Shown here piece after piece: positions 13,908 through 26,589 of a stretch of 64,000 bases of DNA. Source of the DNA: the human T2T-CHM13v2.0 reference genome, Homo sapiens; the NCBI RefSeq assembly GCF_009914755.1, contig NC_060929.1. The stretch is one strand, 5' to 3'. Made by a program: the position numbers and the translations under genes. A model generated the notes under the pieces. It saw only the letters and a list, made by a program, of their open reading frames with translations. It was not told the DNA's origin and searched no databases. The first letter of the stretch is position 1; every line of letters begins with the position of its first letter.

Positions 13908-14095
13908 CAGTGTTTCTCAAAGTACAGTGAAGGGATCCCTGGCATCAGAATCACTTGCGGGTGCCTGTGAAAATGCAGATTCCTAAGGTCCATCCCAGAC
14001 TCCTAAATTGAAACCCTGGGACTGAAGTCCTGCCCAAGAACTGAATTTCTAAGAAACAGCCTAGTTAATTTGGATGATTCATATCAAGGTGGGAA
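13908..14095. mobile_element. MER5A-type (hAT-Charlie) element
   Basis: CAGTGTTTCTCAAAGT...GCATCAGAATCACTTG...AAAATGCAGATTCC. Confidence 0.65.
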
Positions 14096-15289
14096 AATTA
14101 TTATGTCTACATTGTCCATTAGAAATTTAAAGACACTCACAGATTAGTGTTTTGCATGTTTTCCCCAAAATGTTTATATACCATAAAATTGAAAACAATA
14201 CTTCTTGTGATAAGCCCTTAAAAACCATTCAGTTTATTCCACCCATATATAATGAACACCATTATTGAAATGTAATTATGAGCATAAAATTATTGGGAAA
14301 AATATGAACTATGCTTCTCAAAAATACTGCCTTTATTTTGTCACTAAAGTAATTGTGCTATTAAAGGAATTTATTGTTTTTTAAAGTATCAGTCACTTGG
14401 CTGCAAGAACTTATTAAGCTATTATACTCCTCCCATACCCTTTTAGTCATCAGAATTTTTGTGATAAAGCCTTTTTATTATTTTAAAACTATAAATTGTG
14501 AATCATTGCAACTAGTGATTAGACTGACTATGAATATATGTCCAGGTTATAAATTCCTAAAAGTATGTTTCATTAGAAATACCAAGGCAGTCTTAATTAT
14601 AGCCTCTGCAATAAAGCTCTGTTTACTTCTATTAAGGTAGGTTTTTTTTTTTTTTTGGTGCAAAATGATTCAGTTTTAATGCATTATTTTAACAAGCAAA
14701 AGCAAACAGTTTCTGATATACATGCCATACTGCAAAGCTGTAAACCCGTGTTGCATGGTGATGTGACAAGCACCACATTTCTGGAGGGATTTTTTTTTCT
14801 CTCCTACAAGCTCCCCCTCCCCAAGCCGTGGCTATAATTATTTCACAAAATGCAGTTTGCCATTTCTAGAGACAAACACTTCCTTCTCCCTCACCAAAAC
14901 TTCAAGTTCAGGCCAAATATTGAATGAAAATAGAACTTGAGAGGCAGGCTTTGTTTGTAGCATGTTGTTTCTGCTAAGAGTTGCCCCCTACCCAGGCTCC
15001 ACCCCAGTGGTCGGACTGAAGTGTACATGTTATGTTTTAACAGATGGGCCGGCTGGCGGCTGCTGGGCTGTAAAACAGGAACGCGGATTCTGCACTGAGT
15101 GGTATTGAACTGAACGCTCGTAAAGTTCATGGACATACTCTGACCCAGACAGACCAGGCAGATGCAGACATGCTTACGCATACACACTCACTAACACCCC
15201 ACAGCTCAGAGGATCCATCTCTGTGACCCAAGGGAAGTTCAAGGCTGAATTTCCCCTTCATATATTTACCTCATTCACCTTTTAATTTT

Positions 15290-15375
15290 ATATATACACA
15301 CACTCACACATATACACGTATGTATGTGTGTATATGCGCATCTACATCTTCATATACACATACAGAACTATATAT
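15290..15375. repeat. Mixed (CA)/(TA)/(TG) alternating purine-pyrimidine tract
   Basis: TATATATACACACACTCACACATATACACGTATGTATGTGTGTATATGCGCA. Confidence 0.7.
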
Positions 15376-15949
15376 CTCAACATTTTCATGTATTTTCAAA
15401 GGTCTAAACATCCCCAAATTCTGGACCTGTTTCTGTCTAGTATTTTCAAAAGCTCTTATTCATGTCAAATAAGAATTGTAAGAAAATATCGTATTGAATT
15501 CTGTTTATTCCGCACATAATATAAACTACATGCATGTAGTTGGTCTCAGAAAAACAAGCTGCTTTTACCCCCTTACCATTAAGGGGGGAAAACAATCTAA
15601 CCCAGACCGAGTCATAAACGGAGTGTCAGGTTTAACCTTGAGTTCTCTGCTGTCAATTCCTGACTCAACTTCATCACTTAAACACGCAGGTGCTCAAACA
15701 AACACCAACCGACCAGGCTGGCAATCCCTTTCGCAGCCTCTAGGATTCTCCAAGGCACTGGGCACCAGAACCGACAGCAGCTCCCGCCTGGTCCTAACGA
15801 AGTCCTTCGGACACCCCTTGCGGGTGGATGTGGAGGTCCGAGCACCTCAGGAGGGTCATGGATTCAAGTGCTAATAGAAAGCAATTACTTTAGAAAGTTC
15901 AAAGCCCAGCAGTGCTCTCAATTCCTCTCAGTAGCTGCAGAGCACTGAA

Positions 15950-17760
15950 GCCCCCGCTACAGAACCCGGCTGGTACTCCAGTTCTCTGGCGCTGAGACCC
16001 ACCTTGAGCCCGATGAGCGCTCGCTCAGCCTTGAGATCCAGACGCGGACGCCGGGTCTTACCGTACCGCACAGCGCGGGTAATTTTTCAGGAACCGCGGT
16101 CCGCACGCCGCGGGCGCGGAGGCCGCCCCAGCGCTCCATGTCGTTGCCGCAGAGGGGCAGGGGACGCGTCCCGGCCCCACCTACCCATGTCAATTACGCC
16201 AAGTTGGTGCGGACTGGAACCGCGTCCCGGGCGGAGTTGGGATGCTTTGACAAGAAGAAGTTCGGGAGTGGGGATATTGGCACGGAGTAAATCCCGCCCA
16301 GCCCTGACCTCCCCACAGCGGTCACGCTCGGACGAACGGACCGCCGAGCGCCAGGACGCGTCCCGTCCCCTCTCGCCGCCGCCGAACCGCGCCGAGAGGA
16401 GCCGCTAGCCCGGCGCGCGGCCACTCACCGTCCTCGCCGAGTCCCGATAGCAAACCGACGTCCCTGCTGCGGTTCTAAGTGCCAAGTTGCCCCCAGTCGG
16501 TGGCTGCTCACGGCCCAGTGGACCAGGGCACATTGGTTCCGGCGGGCACCTCAGGGGGAGTGCGGCAAGCCTGGCGGCCGCCGCGGCCACACAGTCGCCC
16601 ACAGCGCGCTGACAATTCACGGACCTGCTCAACGAGTGAGGCGGAAAGCAGGGCTAAGCCGACCAGGCTCTGGAGGGGAGGCGGGGCTGCCGCTAGGGGC
16701 GGAGCCAGCCCCGGGGCGTCATCAGCCCATGACTGGCGGAGCCGACAGCCAGTCGTGGTGGCGCTGGGACCGCCCCGTAACCGCCGTCCAGTCGCCTGCG
16801 GCCGAGGGCAGGCTGGCGGGACGCGCCGGCGGCGGGGAAGTTGGTTATTGCGAAGTGCCGTGGCTGCCGGCGGGCGCTGCGGGACTCTCTGCAATGGGAC
16901 CCGAGCAGCTCTAGAGGGAGGCGGCGGCCCCAGAAGGCCGTTGGCTGAGAGAGACCAGGAGCCCTCGGAGCCGCCGCGCGCATAGCGCTGTGGAGCAAGA
17001 AGCCAACCGCAGCGCGGGTCGACACGCCAGTATCTGGCACCGGCAGGAGGCGCGGAACTTAGCTGCCCCATCGGAACCCCGCCCGGAGGAAGCTGAGGGC
17101 CGAGAAAGGATGAATTCCGGACCGGGTCGCCCAGCCACAAGTGGAAACCTGGGCTCTCTGGAAAACGTTCTGATCTCGATCTGGCTATCTCTGAAACAAA
17201 ACTCCAGCCCCGCAAACCTCCCAAAGTTCAGTACACGTCCCCGTCCTCACCCCTGCCCTCCGGGCCACCTGCAGCGGGGGACTTACCGGCGCCTCGGGTC
17301 TCCTCCTCCCGACCCAGCGCGTCGCGGACACAGCTGGTGGCCAACAGGAGGCTTGGGCGCTCGACGGCGCCGGAACCTGTGAGACCGTCGCTCTGGGCGG
17401 GCTGCCGTGCGGGGTGGCATCCTCTGCGGTGACTTCTGCTGTCTTTTGGGTCCGCCAGGATTCCAAAATCCCAGGCGGGTCGCTAGAATTATCCATCTTC
17501 GTGGACAGGAAGCCCCAGAACGAACCACATCTGTCCCACTCTGCTTCCGCCCTCCTTCCCCTTCGCAAGCTCCTGGCTGGGATGGAGACATCGGACGAGC
17601 TCGGAGATCCCGACCTCTCAGGGGTCACTCGCAGCCGAACAGCCTGGAATATGGCCTTGTGGGCCCTTCCCGCCCAACCCCCTAGGACCCCACTGCTCAT
17701 CTTGTCAACCAGTTTCTGAGCCCCTACCCTGGCTGCAGCACGTGCTCGCACAGGCGCGCT
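15950..17760. promoter_or_regulatory. MARCHF3: CpG island promoter (probable MARCHF3 promoter)
   Basis: Very high GC and CpG density; GC boxes GGGGAGGCGGGG (16675-16686) and GGGGCGGAGC (16696-16705), CRE half-site CGTCA near 16717, E-box CACGTG near 17738. Gene name is from recalled synteny with C5orf63; no MARCHF3 CDS is in the window. Confidence 0.8.
16429..16640 (-). other. MARCHF3: Non-coding first exon of a minus-strand gene (probable MARCHF3 exon 1); 5' end approximate
   Basis: Strong donor ACG|GTGAGT (+ strand ACTCAC at 16423-16428) about 250 bp downstream of the GC boxes; no coding exon recognised in 1-16428, consistent with a long intron 1. Confidence 0.65.
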
Positions 17761-18419
17761 GAGCTACTAACATAGAATCAAAAGCAGGGAGTTGGGTGTT
17801 CTTGCTTTCCCGCTGAAACCTAGAATGTAAACAAGCCCTAGACCGTCAGCTGTGGGTGGGTAGGGGCCTCTCCCTGCCTAGAACTGCTCTTGCCATGGGT
17901 AGGCACCTAACCCGTATTAGTAAGAATGAAGGAATGCATGCTCATAACAAGAAAGGGGTCAACCTGCTGCCCTGATACTCACCTTCACCACTTACGTCTT
18001 GCTTCCAGCGCAAGCCCACTTCAGACCATTGCCTCATTCAGGTCCCAGAAGTCCTAAGGGTTTTAGTCTCTCAGTATGGGCAATTATTCACATGTAAGGG
18101 AGCTGCAAGGTGTTATTTCAATGCCATCTGGCCTCTATAAGGTCTTGCATCATAGCTGACCTCTCATGAGAAGGTTCTGATGAGGTCACCAGGGAGAAGG
18201 AATGTAAAGGGCTGGTGGCTGAAAAGGAGTGAAATGGCCCCTCTTAGGTGAGCTCTGGCCTGGTTTGAGTTTCAATTCTGTCTCCTCAGCTCCATTTCTC
18301 AATGGGAAAAGGTCCATAGGAAGGTTGTCAGAAGGGCAGGAGACTAGGGCAGGGATAGCCCTTTGCAGACCCTGAAAAATTGCTCAGTAATGCAAACATT
18401 GTCCATATTTAAGTTCTTT

Positions 18420-18715
18420 CTTTTCTTTTCTTTTTTTTTTGAGGCAGAGTCTCACTCTGTCGCCCAGGCTGGAGTGCTATGGCTTGGCTCACTGCAAGCT
18501 CCGCCTCCTGGGTTCACGCCATTCTCCTGCCTCAGCCTCCCAAGTAGCTGGGACTACAGGCGCCCGCCACTACGCCCGGCTAATTTTTCGTATTTTCAGT
18601 AGAGACGGGGTTTCACCGTGTTAATCAGGATGGTCTCGATCTCCTGACCTTGTGATCCGCCCGCCTCGGCCTCCCAAAGTGCTGGGATTAGAGGCGTGAG
18701 CCACTGCGCCCAGCC
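18420..18715 (-). mobile_element. AluY-like element
   Basis: Y-type diagnostics GCAAGCTCCGCCTCC..GGTTCACGCCATTCTCC and CCGTGTTA..CAGGATGGTCTCGATCTCC, CpG-rich; TSD TTAAGTTCTTT 18409-18419 / 18716-18726. Confidence 0.93.
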
Positions 18716-20185
18716 TTAAGTTCTTTATTTTCTATCTTGTGGACCAAAGGACTGCTACAGGCAAGGAAGACCATCTGACTCAATTCCAGAGGTTCCTTAG
18801 CATGCTGCTGACTGGCCTAGGAGAATGGCCTTTGCCCATAAAGTATTAGATGTAGACCACATGAATGGAATATTCACCAGGTTTCTGCCCAGGTCTGGAT
18901 TGGGCAAGGACATGGCTGGAGGTGCCTTACAGGAGAGAAGGCCAAAGAGAGAGAAGACTTGACTCCCAACCTGATTCCAGCAGAACTCCACTTTGATGTG
19001 TTTTTAAAATTGTGCTCTTCTGTTTGCTTTCACGGAGGCTGCCATGAAACGTCATCTTTGACTAGAATTATCAGGAAATGCTCATGGAAGAAATATACTT
19101 CCTTGGATTTTTTTTCCTACCACACTTCAGGATATAACTAGAGAAAACATTTGCCAACAGTGCTTATCATATTAGTACCCTGTGAAGGTTTTCATAGATG
19201 CTGATTATTATTTTTAAAATCATTTCGGGAATAGGAGCCAAACACTAGGTCATGACTGTACTTACTTTAGTATTTACATTAAGTGATGAAAAATGGAAAT
19301 AAAGGAAATGTCCTGTCATGAAACAAGTTAGAATTAGGTGACTTTCATGTCCTGATTTCCAAGGTTTTCTGTTTGTTTCAGACAGACAAGATCATCCATG
19401 GGTTCTTGGACAAGTAATAGGTCTCATTTTCCCTTGTAGACCAGAAGACATGGAAAAGACAGCATATTCGGACTATATTCATATTTCCATACCATCTTTT
19501 GTTGTAATTGATTTTCAACAAGAGCCCCTAACAATCTCTTGAGTTTGGGCCATCCCCATATTCTACAAGGGAAAATGAGATCTCTTACTACTCCAATAAC
19601 CCATGCTTACACTATCTGTATGGAACAAACAGAGAACCATCAAAATCTGAACGCAGAAGTCACTTATTTAGTCCCAATCTATTTTGTGAAAGAAAATTTC
19701 TTTTACTCAAAGAGATGAAGAAATTTACGGAATGGCTTGGGAATGAGAAGATTCAGGTGGGACCATGGAAGCAAAGCTTGTTCTTTTGTGGATGGTAAGA
19801 TTGTCTTCAGGCACTGTCACTCCTTTATGACACTAAAACAGTATTTTAGAATCCCCTAAATTTCAATAGGATGTGATTGGTAGGAGCCATGGGTTCTAAT
19901 CTTAACAGCTGCTGTGGTGGGTGCTCCTGGCAGTCACTCATCCTTTGTTATCTCTTCCTTCTTTGGCCATAAAACAGTAGTGGCAGAATTGGCCCACTAT
20001 GTGTAGCTGCATAAAGGGGACATCATGACAATGGTTATGAAGCACTGCAAATGCATTGCATTTACAGTAGTACTGCCTGCTAAAAAGGAGATGAAAATGA
20101 TGTTGAGATGGGAAAATAGTGTGGTATGAACAATTCCTATTTACATGTGCAATTTACATTTTTCTTTCCATTTACATGTGCAATT

Positions 20186-20539
20186 TCCTCCTTCCTTCCC
20201 TTTCCTCCCTCCCTTCCTGTCTCTCTCTCTCTCTCTTTCCCTCTTTCTCTCTTTCGTTCTCAGACTCACACTCTGTCACCCAGGCTGGAGTGCAGTGGTG
20301 CAATCTTGGCTCACTACAACCTCCACCTCCCAAGTTCAGGTGATTCCTTTGCCTCAGCCACCCGAGTACCTGGGAGTACAGGCGTGGGCCACCACGCCTG
20401 GCTCATTTTTGTATTTATAGTAGAGACGGGGTTTTGCCATGTTGGTCAGGCTGGTTTCCAACTCCTGGCCTCAAGTCATCTGCCCACCTCAACCTCCCAA
20501 AGTGCTGGGATTATAGGTGTGAGCCATCACGCCCAGCCC
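20186..20539 (-). mobile_element. Alu (S/J) with tail decayed into a CT-rich microsatellite
   Basis: Alu body 20260-20539; (CCTT)/(CT)n tract 20186-20260. Confidence 0.9.
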
Positions 20540-20798
20540 ATTTATTTTAATGTCATTAGATTATTGTCCTTTCAGTATTTAAGTGGAAATGAGAGGAAAC
20601 CATCTTTATTCTTTAAGGAGGAATACAGCTTCTAAAAGTTTTGGTTACCTAAAGTTTTTGAAGGTGTAATAGGAATGAGTTACCAGAACAGGAAGAATTG
20701 TAGAAGCAGACCTAGAGTTGAGGAAAATTTTACTTACATGGATAGTATTTTTTTCCTCTCCCTGGCTCCTACCACCTCTCTCAACATATATTTACTGA

Positions 20799-21330
<532 letters not shown>

Positions 21331-22701
21331 AATGATAGGCACTTAGATTTTAGACTTAATGGGAGTTAGTTCCCTTGACACAGCAGTATGGGAACAATAA
21401 CTGGCCAGCCAATGAGTGAAAAAGCTGGATTATCCCTTAGAAATGAATTGTATCATTACTGATTATGAATACACCAAATTATGACAGATTCACATGTAAG
21501 AATGCCAGGGAAAAGTAGCCGTGAGCTATAATATACAAAATTGTTTATTACCCAAGAGAATCTAGGTGCTAATACGGATGGTACTACACCTGTGAAATTC
21601 TGAAACCCTTGAAGGATTTGAAGATATAAAGCCAAATAAAACATAATACAGAGGGAAATGATTTTGATTATGTAACATTTATATATAGCATTTGTTTTTA
21701 CATTTTCAAATTGCTTTTCAGTCATTGGTTTATTCTTCACAGCACACCTGGGGAGTACATCTGTGCATTTATCCTCTGTTCACAGCTGAGGCAACTGAGA
21801 CTGAAACAGGCAAAGTGGTTTGTCCAAGAGCAAAGCCAGGGGCAGGGTGAGAAATTGTTCATTCATTCAATCATGCATCTATTCTTGGCAAGGCACCAAA
21901 GTCTGTGTGGTGGTGGTGCACAGAGATGGATATTGTCTATGTGGCCTCTACCTTGCAAGAGCCTGCAGTCTCTGAGACAATAAGCGGTTCATGAATTATG
22001 CCTCCTAGAGTGCTCAGACAGCAAGGACCAGGGTTCAGAGGAGGAGAGGGTGAGAGTTCCCTAGGATTCCTGGAGAGAGTTGGATTCAGGGCCCATGAGG
22101 GATGGGTAGAATTTTGGCAAATGGAAGTGTGGCTAGTGGGAATGACAGACATGAAGGTGGGCAAATTTAAGATGTTTTGGAGAATATCTGACTACAGCAG
22201 GGCCGTTGTGGGGAAAGGGCAGGAGAGTAGAAAGGAGCGGGTTTCCCAGGATGCTGAATGCCCAGCCAAAATACATGGATGAATCCATGAATACATGGAT
22301 TTCAGCCCAAGGGCAATGGGGGTTGGACTTATCTCTGACTTCTCGTATTCACTCATTATTCTAACATGTGCTGTACCTAGTGCTAATATGTGCTTAGTCT
22401 ACAGGTATTTTTCCACACATCAGCTTTTCTAACCTTCGCGTCACTCTAATGAGATACATATTATTCCTCCTTTAATGGATTAAAAAATTGATGCACTTAG
22501 AGGTTGAGACTTGCCTACGATCATGTAGCTAATAACTGACATATGTGAGATTTGAAAGTAGGATTCCTGACTTCTACATGGCGACAAATGGAAAGAACGA
22601 GTGTAGATTCTGGAGAGTGTACTCAGGATGCCCATCAATAACATGCCCCTCACCTTAGCTCAGTGTTGTTCCAGAAAAAATAACTACATAGGAGTGAAAT
22701 C

Positions 22702-23305
<604 letters not shown>

Positions 23306-24554
23306 TAGGAAGTTTGAAAGAAAGAAAAATATGCCAAGATGATTAAGTTTCACCTAAGATTTTAAAGCTCCCACCTAAAAGATGTGGAAAACAAGCACTA
23401 TACCAGGATATTGTACCTTATTTCTGCCCTGTCTTAAAAACACCATGACATTTTCCTTGATTTCAAGAATACAGAAAATGAACATGGTCCTTTAAATTAT
23501 GTGACTCTTTCGAAGCAAAATGACAACAAGGAAAAACCACATTTGTTTTCTGCCTCCCTTTTTCAAGAAGCTGAAAATATAGTGTAAATGAACTCTTGGT
23601 CGTGGGTCAACATCCTTACAATACCTGCCCCTCGTTCTCAGGTTAGAGATTTCTCCTCTGCCTTTTCATTCTCACCCACACCCAACTTGAAATAGGTCTC
23701 CAGGTCCCATTTTGATCACATATTCTTTCAGTCACATGCGGAACATGAGAAGGGGTTAAATGTAGCTCTGCAAGACCAGCAAAACTCATCACTAAACTGG
23801 AAAACAACTTCAGGCTTACTATCAACAGGGGGTAGTTAGCATCAGTTTAAAGACTGTGAATGTGCACAAATGTTTTCTAAGAATATTTTTCAGAAGAGTG
23901 TAATTATAGGTATAATCTCTAATTGCATTATAAATGATAAATAAGAGACGGTTAGCAAACTATATTTCAGGGCTGTTTGCTGTACTTATCTGCTGCCATC
24001 ACTGGCCCTGTCTTCCTTTGTGACTGCAGACTGTGTTGTTTATTAGTCTTGGTGGTAAGGGGGAATTGCTGTACAGTACTTTTGTGTTAGGACAGGATCT
24101 TACAGATGATAATGAAGGTTGCAGGAAGGACTGTTGAAACGTTTTATTTTGGTATTTGTTTCATTTTTAAAGGCTGTGACTAGGACTTCATACCTGTCTA
24201 ATAAGCATGCATGTAACATTTTTATATTTGCTGAGTGCTTCATAGTCCTCCATTAGTCCCCACAATACCCCTTGAGGGTAGGTCAGTATTACAGTTTACA
24301 ATATGAGGAAATTTAAGATACAAAGGGATTATGTGATTTGTACAAGGTCACCCAGCATGCAAGCCTAGCTAATAAAATATGACTACAAAGCTCTTTCCAA
24401 ATAAAAAGTACCTTATAAATGTTAGGTAGTATTAATGGGTATGATCCCAGAATGAGTAAAATACTCTTCAGGAGTAAAGTGCTCATACATGGTATATAAT
24501 ATTAATTCTCTCTCTTTTTTTTTTTTTTTTTTTAACCTGTGGGTGACTTTTGAA

Positions 24555-24735
24555 ATAGTTATTCTTGAACCTGGCTATGCATCAGAAATGTCTCTAGAGT
24601 TTTTAGAACATGTGAGCACATAGACCCCTACTCAGCCGACAGAATCATAATCTGGGCAGTGGGATTTAGATAATTATGCCTTGAAAAATCTCCATGGGGG
24701 ATTTGGATGCTCAGTCAGAGCTGAGAACCACTACT
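24555..24735. mobile_element. MER5-type hAT fragment
   Basis: TTCTTGAACCTGGCTATGCATCAGAA...GCTGAGAACCACT. Confidence 0.5.
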
Positions 24736-25259
24736 CTAGGCTAGAAGAGTAACATCGGTCAGGCCAAGAGCAACAACAAAACACTGTGGAGTTAATTCAG
24801 AAGAGAAAGTCTGGTGTCTTCCAGGCCTCTGTCCAGCCAGTTCACAACTATTATTAGCAGAGGAACTGCCTCCCTGAAATAATCAACTGTAATAACCATG
24901 TGTGAAATTCCCGGAAATAGTGCAGAGATTAAAGTTTATTTAAGAACCGTCAGTTTTTGAAAGTTATAATTTACTGGGTAAATTTACTGGCACACCCTTG
25001 GTTTATTACTGTGCTTAGTGTTTTTATTCTGAATACTTTGTACTTCTTCATAATCAACATGGTAAGAACCTATAATATCTGCCCATTCATCCATCTGCCA
25101 AACACTTATTGAATACTTGCTGTATGGAAATTTCAGAGTGAAAATAATGATCTTTTTCCAGAAGTTTATAATCAAGTGATAAAAACAGACACAGGCAAAA
25201 CCAACCAACCAAACAAAAACCTGAAGCCACACATATGATAATAAAAAGTATAATCAAAG

Positions 25260-25866
25260 TGTTAGATGAGGCATTATTCATAATTGCTAAAAAGTGGAAA
25301 CAGCTCAAATATCCATCAACTGATAAATGGATAAATGTGGTATACCCACACAATGAAGTATTATTATTATTCAAACAATGAAGTGGAATGTATACTGATA
25401 ATGCTACAATATGGATGGATCTTAAAAACACTATGCTAAGTGAGAGAAGCCAGTCACAAACGTGGTATTCCCATACAATGAACTATTATTATTATTATTA
25501 TTAAACAATGAAGTGGAATGTAGTACTGATACATGCTACAACATGGATGGATCTTAAAAACGCTATGTTAAGTGAGAGACACCAGTCACAAAGGACCACA
25601 TATCGTATGATTCCATTTATATGAAATGTCTTGAATAGGCAAATCTGTAGAGACAGAAAACAGATGGTTGCCTAGGGCTGGGGATGGGGAAGGATGGAGG
25701 AAATGGGTGACTGCTAGTGGGTACAGGGTTTCTTTTTGGAGTGACGAAATGTCCTAAAATTGATTGTGGTGACAGCTGCACAACTTCGTTGACTATACTA
25801 AAAACCGTTCAATTGTACGCTTTAAATGGGTGAATTGTATGATATGCAAATTGTATCTCTAATAAA
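25260..25866 (+). mobile_element. L1MB-type LINE-1 3' end with an internal tandem duplication
   Basis: GATTCCATTTATATGAAATGTC..GAATAGGCAAATCT.TAGAGACAGAA...CTTTAAATGGGTGAATTGTATG...AATAAAG. Confidence 0.8.
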
Positions 25867-25874
25867 GACAATGG

Positions 25875-25876
<2 letters not shown>

Positions 25877-25918
<42 letters not shown>
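25877..25918 (+). repeat. (GATA)10 tetranucleotide STR
   Basis: Perfect GATA array directly after the L1MB tail. Confidence 0.95.
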
Positions 25919-26433
25919 GCTGTATGAACTTGGAGGAAAGAGAGATTAATTAATTTGGATTGGAAGAAAGTCGTGGGAAATTTCCTGGAGGAAATGATAT
26001 TTGAGCTGACTCAAAAAGGATGATTTTTGTAAGATGGTGTGGATGAAAGGAGGGAAGGTATGCTCAAAGAGACACTCAAAGTGAGGGTGCTTTCATGCAA
26101 GGGCAAGTTATCTGGAATAGACAAGAGTTTAAGATGCATGAAGGATACAGTAGATGGAGGCTAGATGCAGGGCTTTTACTGTCATGCTAAGTTCTGTGGT
26201 TTGGTTTTCATTTTTGTAGGCAATGGAAAGCCACGATAGGTCTGTGAGTGGATGATCAGACCTGTGATTTGGAAGGATAATTAGAAGTGGTGATGAGGTA
26301 GATAGAAGATGGCATAGGAGAGCAGTGAGTAAGGGAGGCCATTTAGGAGGCAAAGGCATTGCAATGTGTAGGTGAGAGATGAAGAAGCCTTCGACTACTG
26401 CAAAAGCCGTGAGGACTGAAACAAGGAGACAGA

Positions 26434-26589
26434 TTTTTTTTTTTTAGTAGAGTCAGGGCACTATGTTGCCCAGGGTGGTCTTGAACTCCTGGGCTCAAGC
26501 AATCCTCCCACCTCAATCCTCCCACCTCAAAGCAATCCTCCCGCCTCCCAAAGTGTTAGGATTACAGGTGTGAGCCACTGCGCCCGACC
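26434..26589 (-). mobile_element. FLAM/Alu monomer within an L2 fragment
   Basis: Left-arm monomer; TSD AAGGAG(A/G)CAGATTT; internal triplication of AATCCTCCC.CCTC. Confidence 0.85.

Noticed and set aside
15957-17751. Many overlapping long ORFs (up to 238 aa) on both strands
   Set aside because: Expected stop-codon scarcity in a GC-rich CpG island; Arg/Gly/Pro/Ala-rich with no recognisable domain.
20126-20635. 169-aa ORF and similar ORFs at 4153, 9613, 22883, 30745 and 45995
   Set aside because: Alu-derived translations ([24 protein letters not shown] signatures).
25877-25918. (GATA)10 as a named forensic STR marker
   Set aside because: I do not recognise the flanks as a named marker; reported only as an STR.
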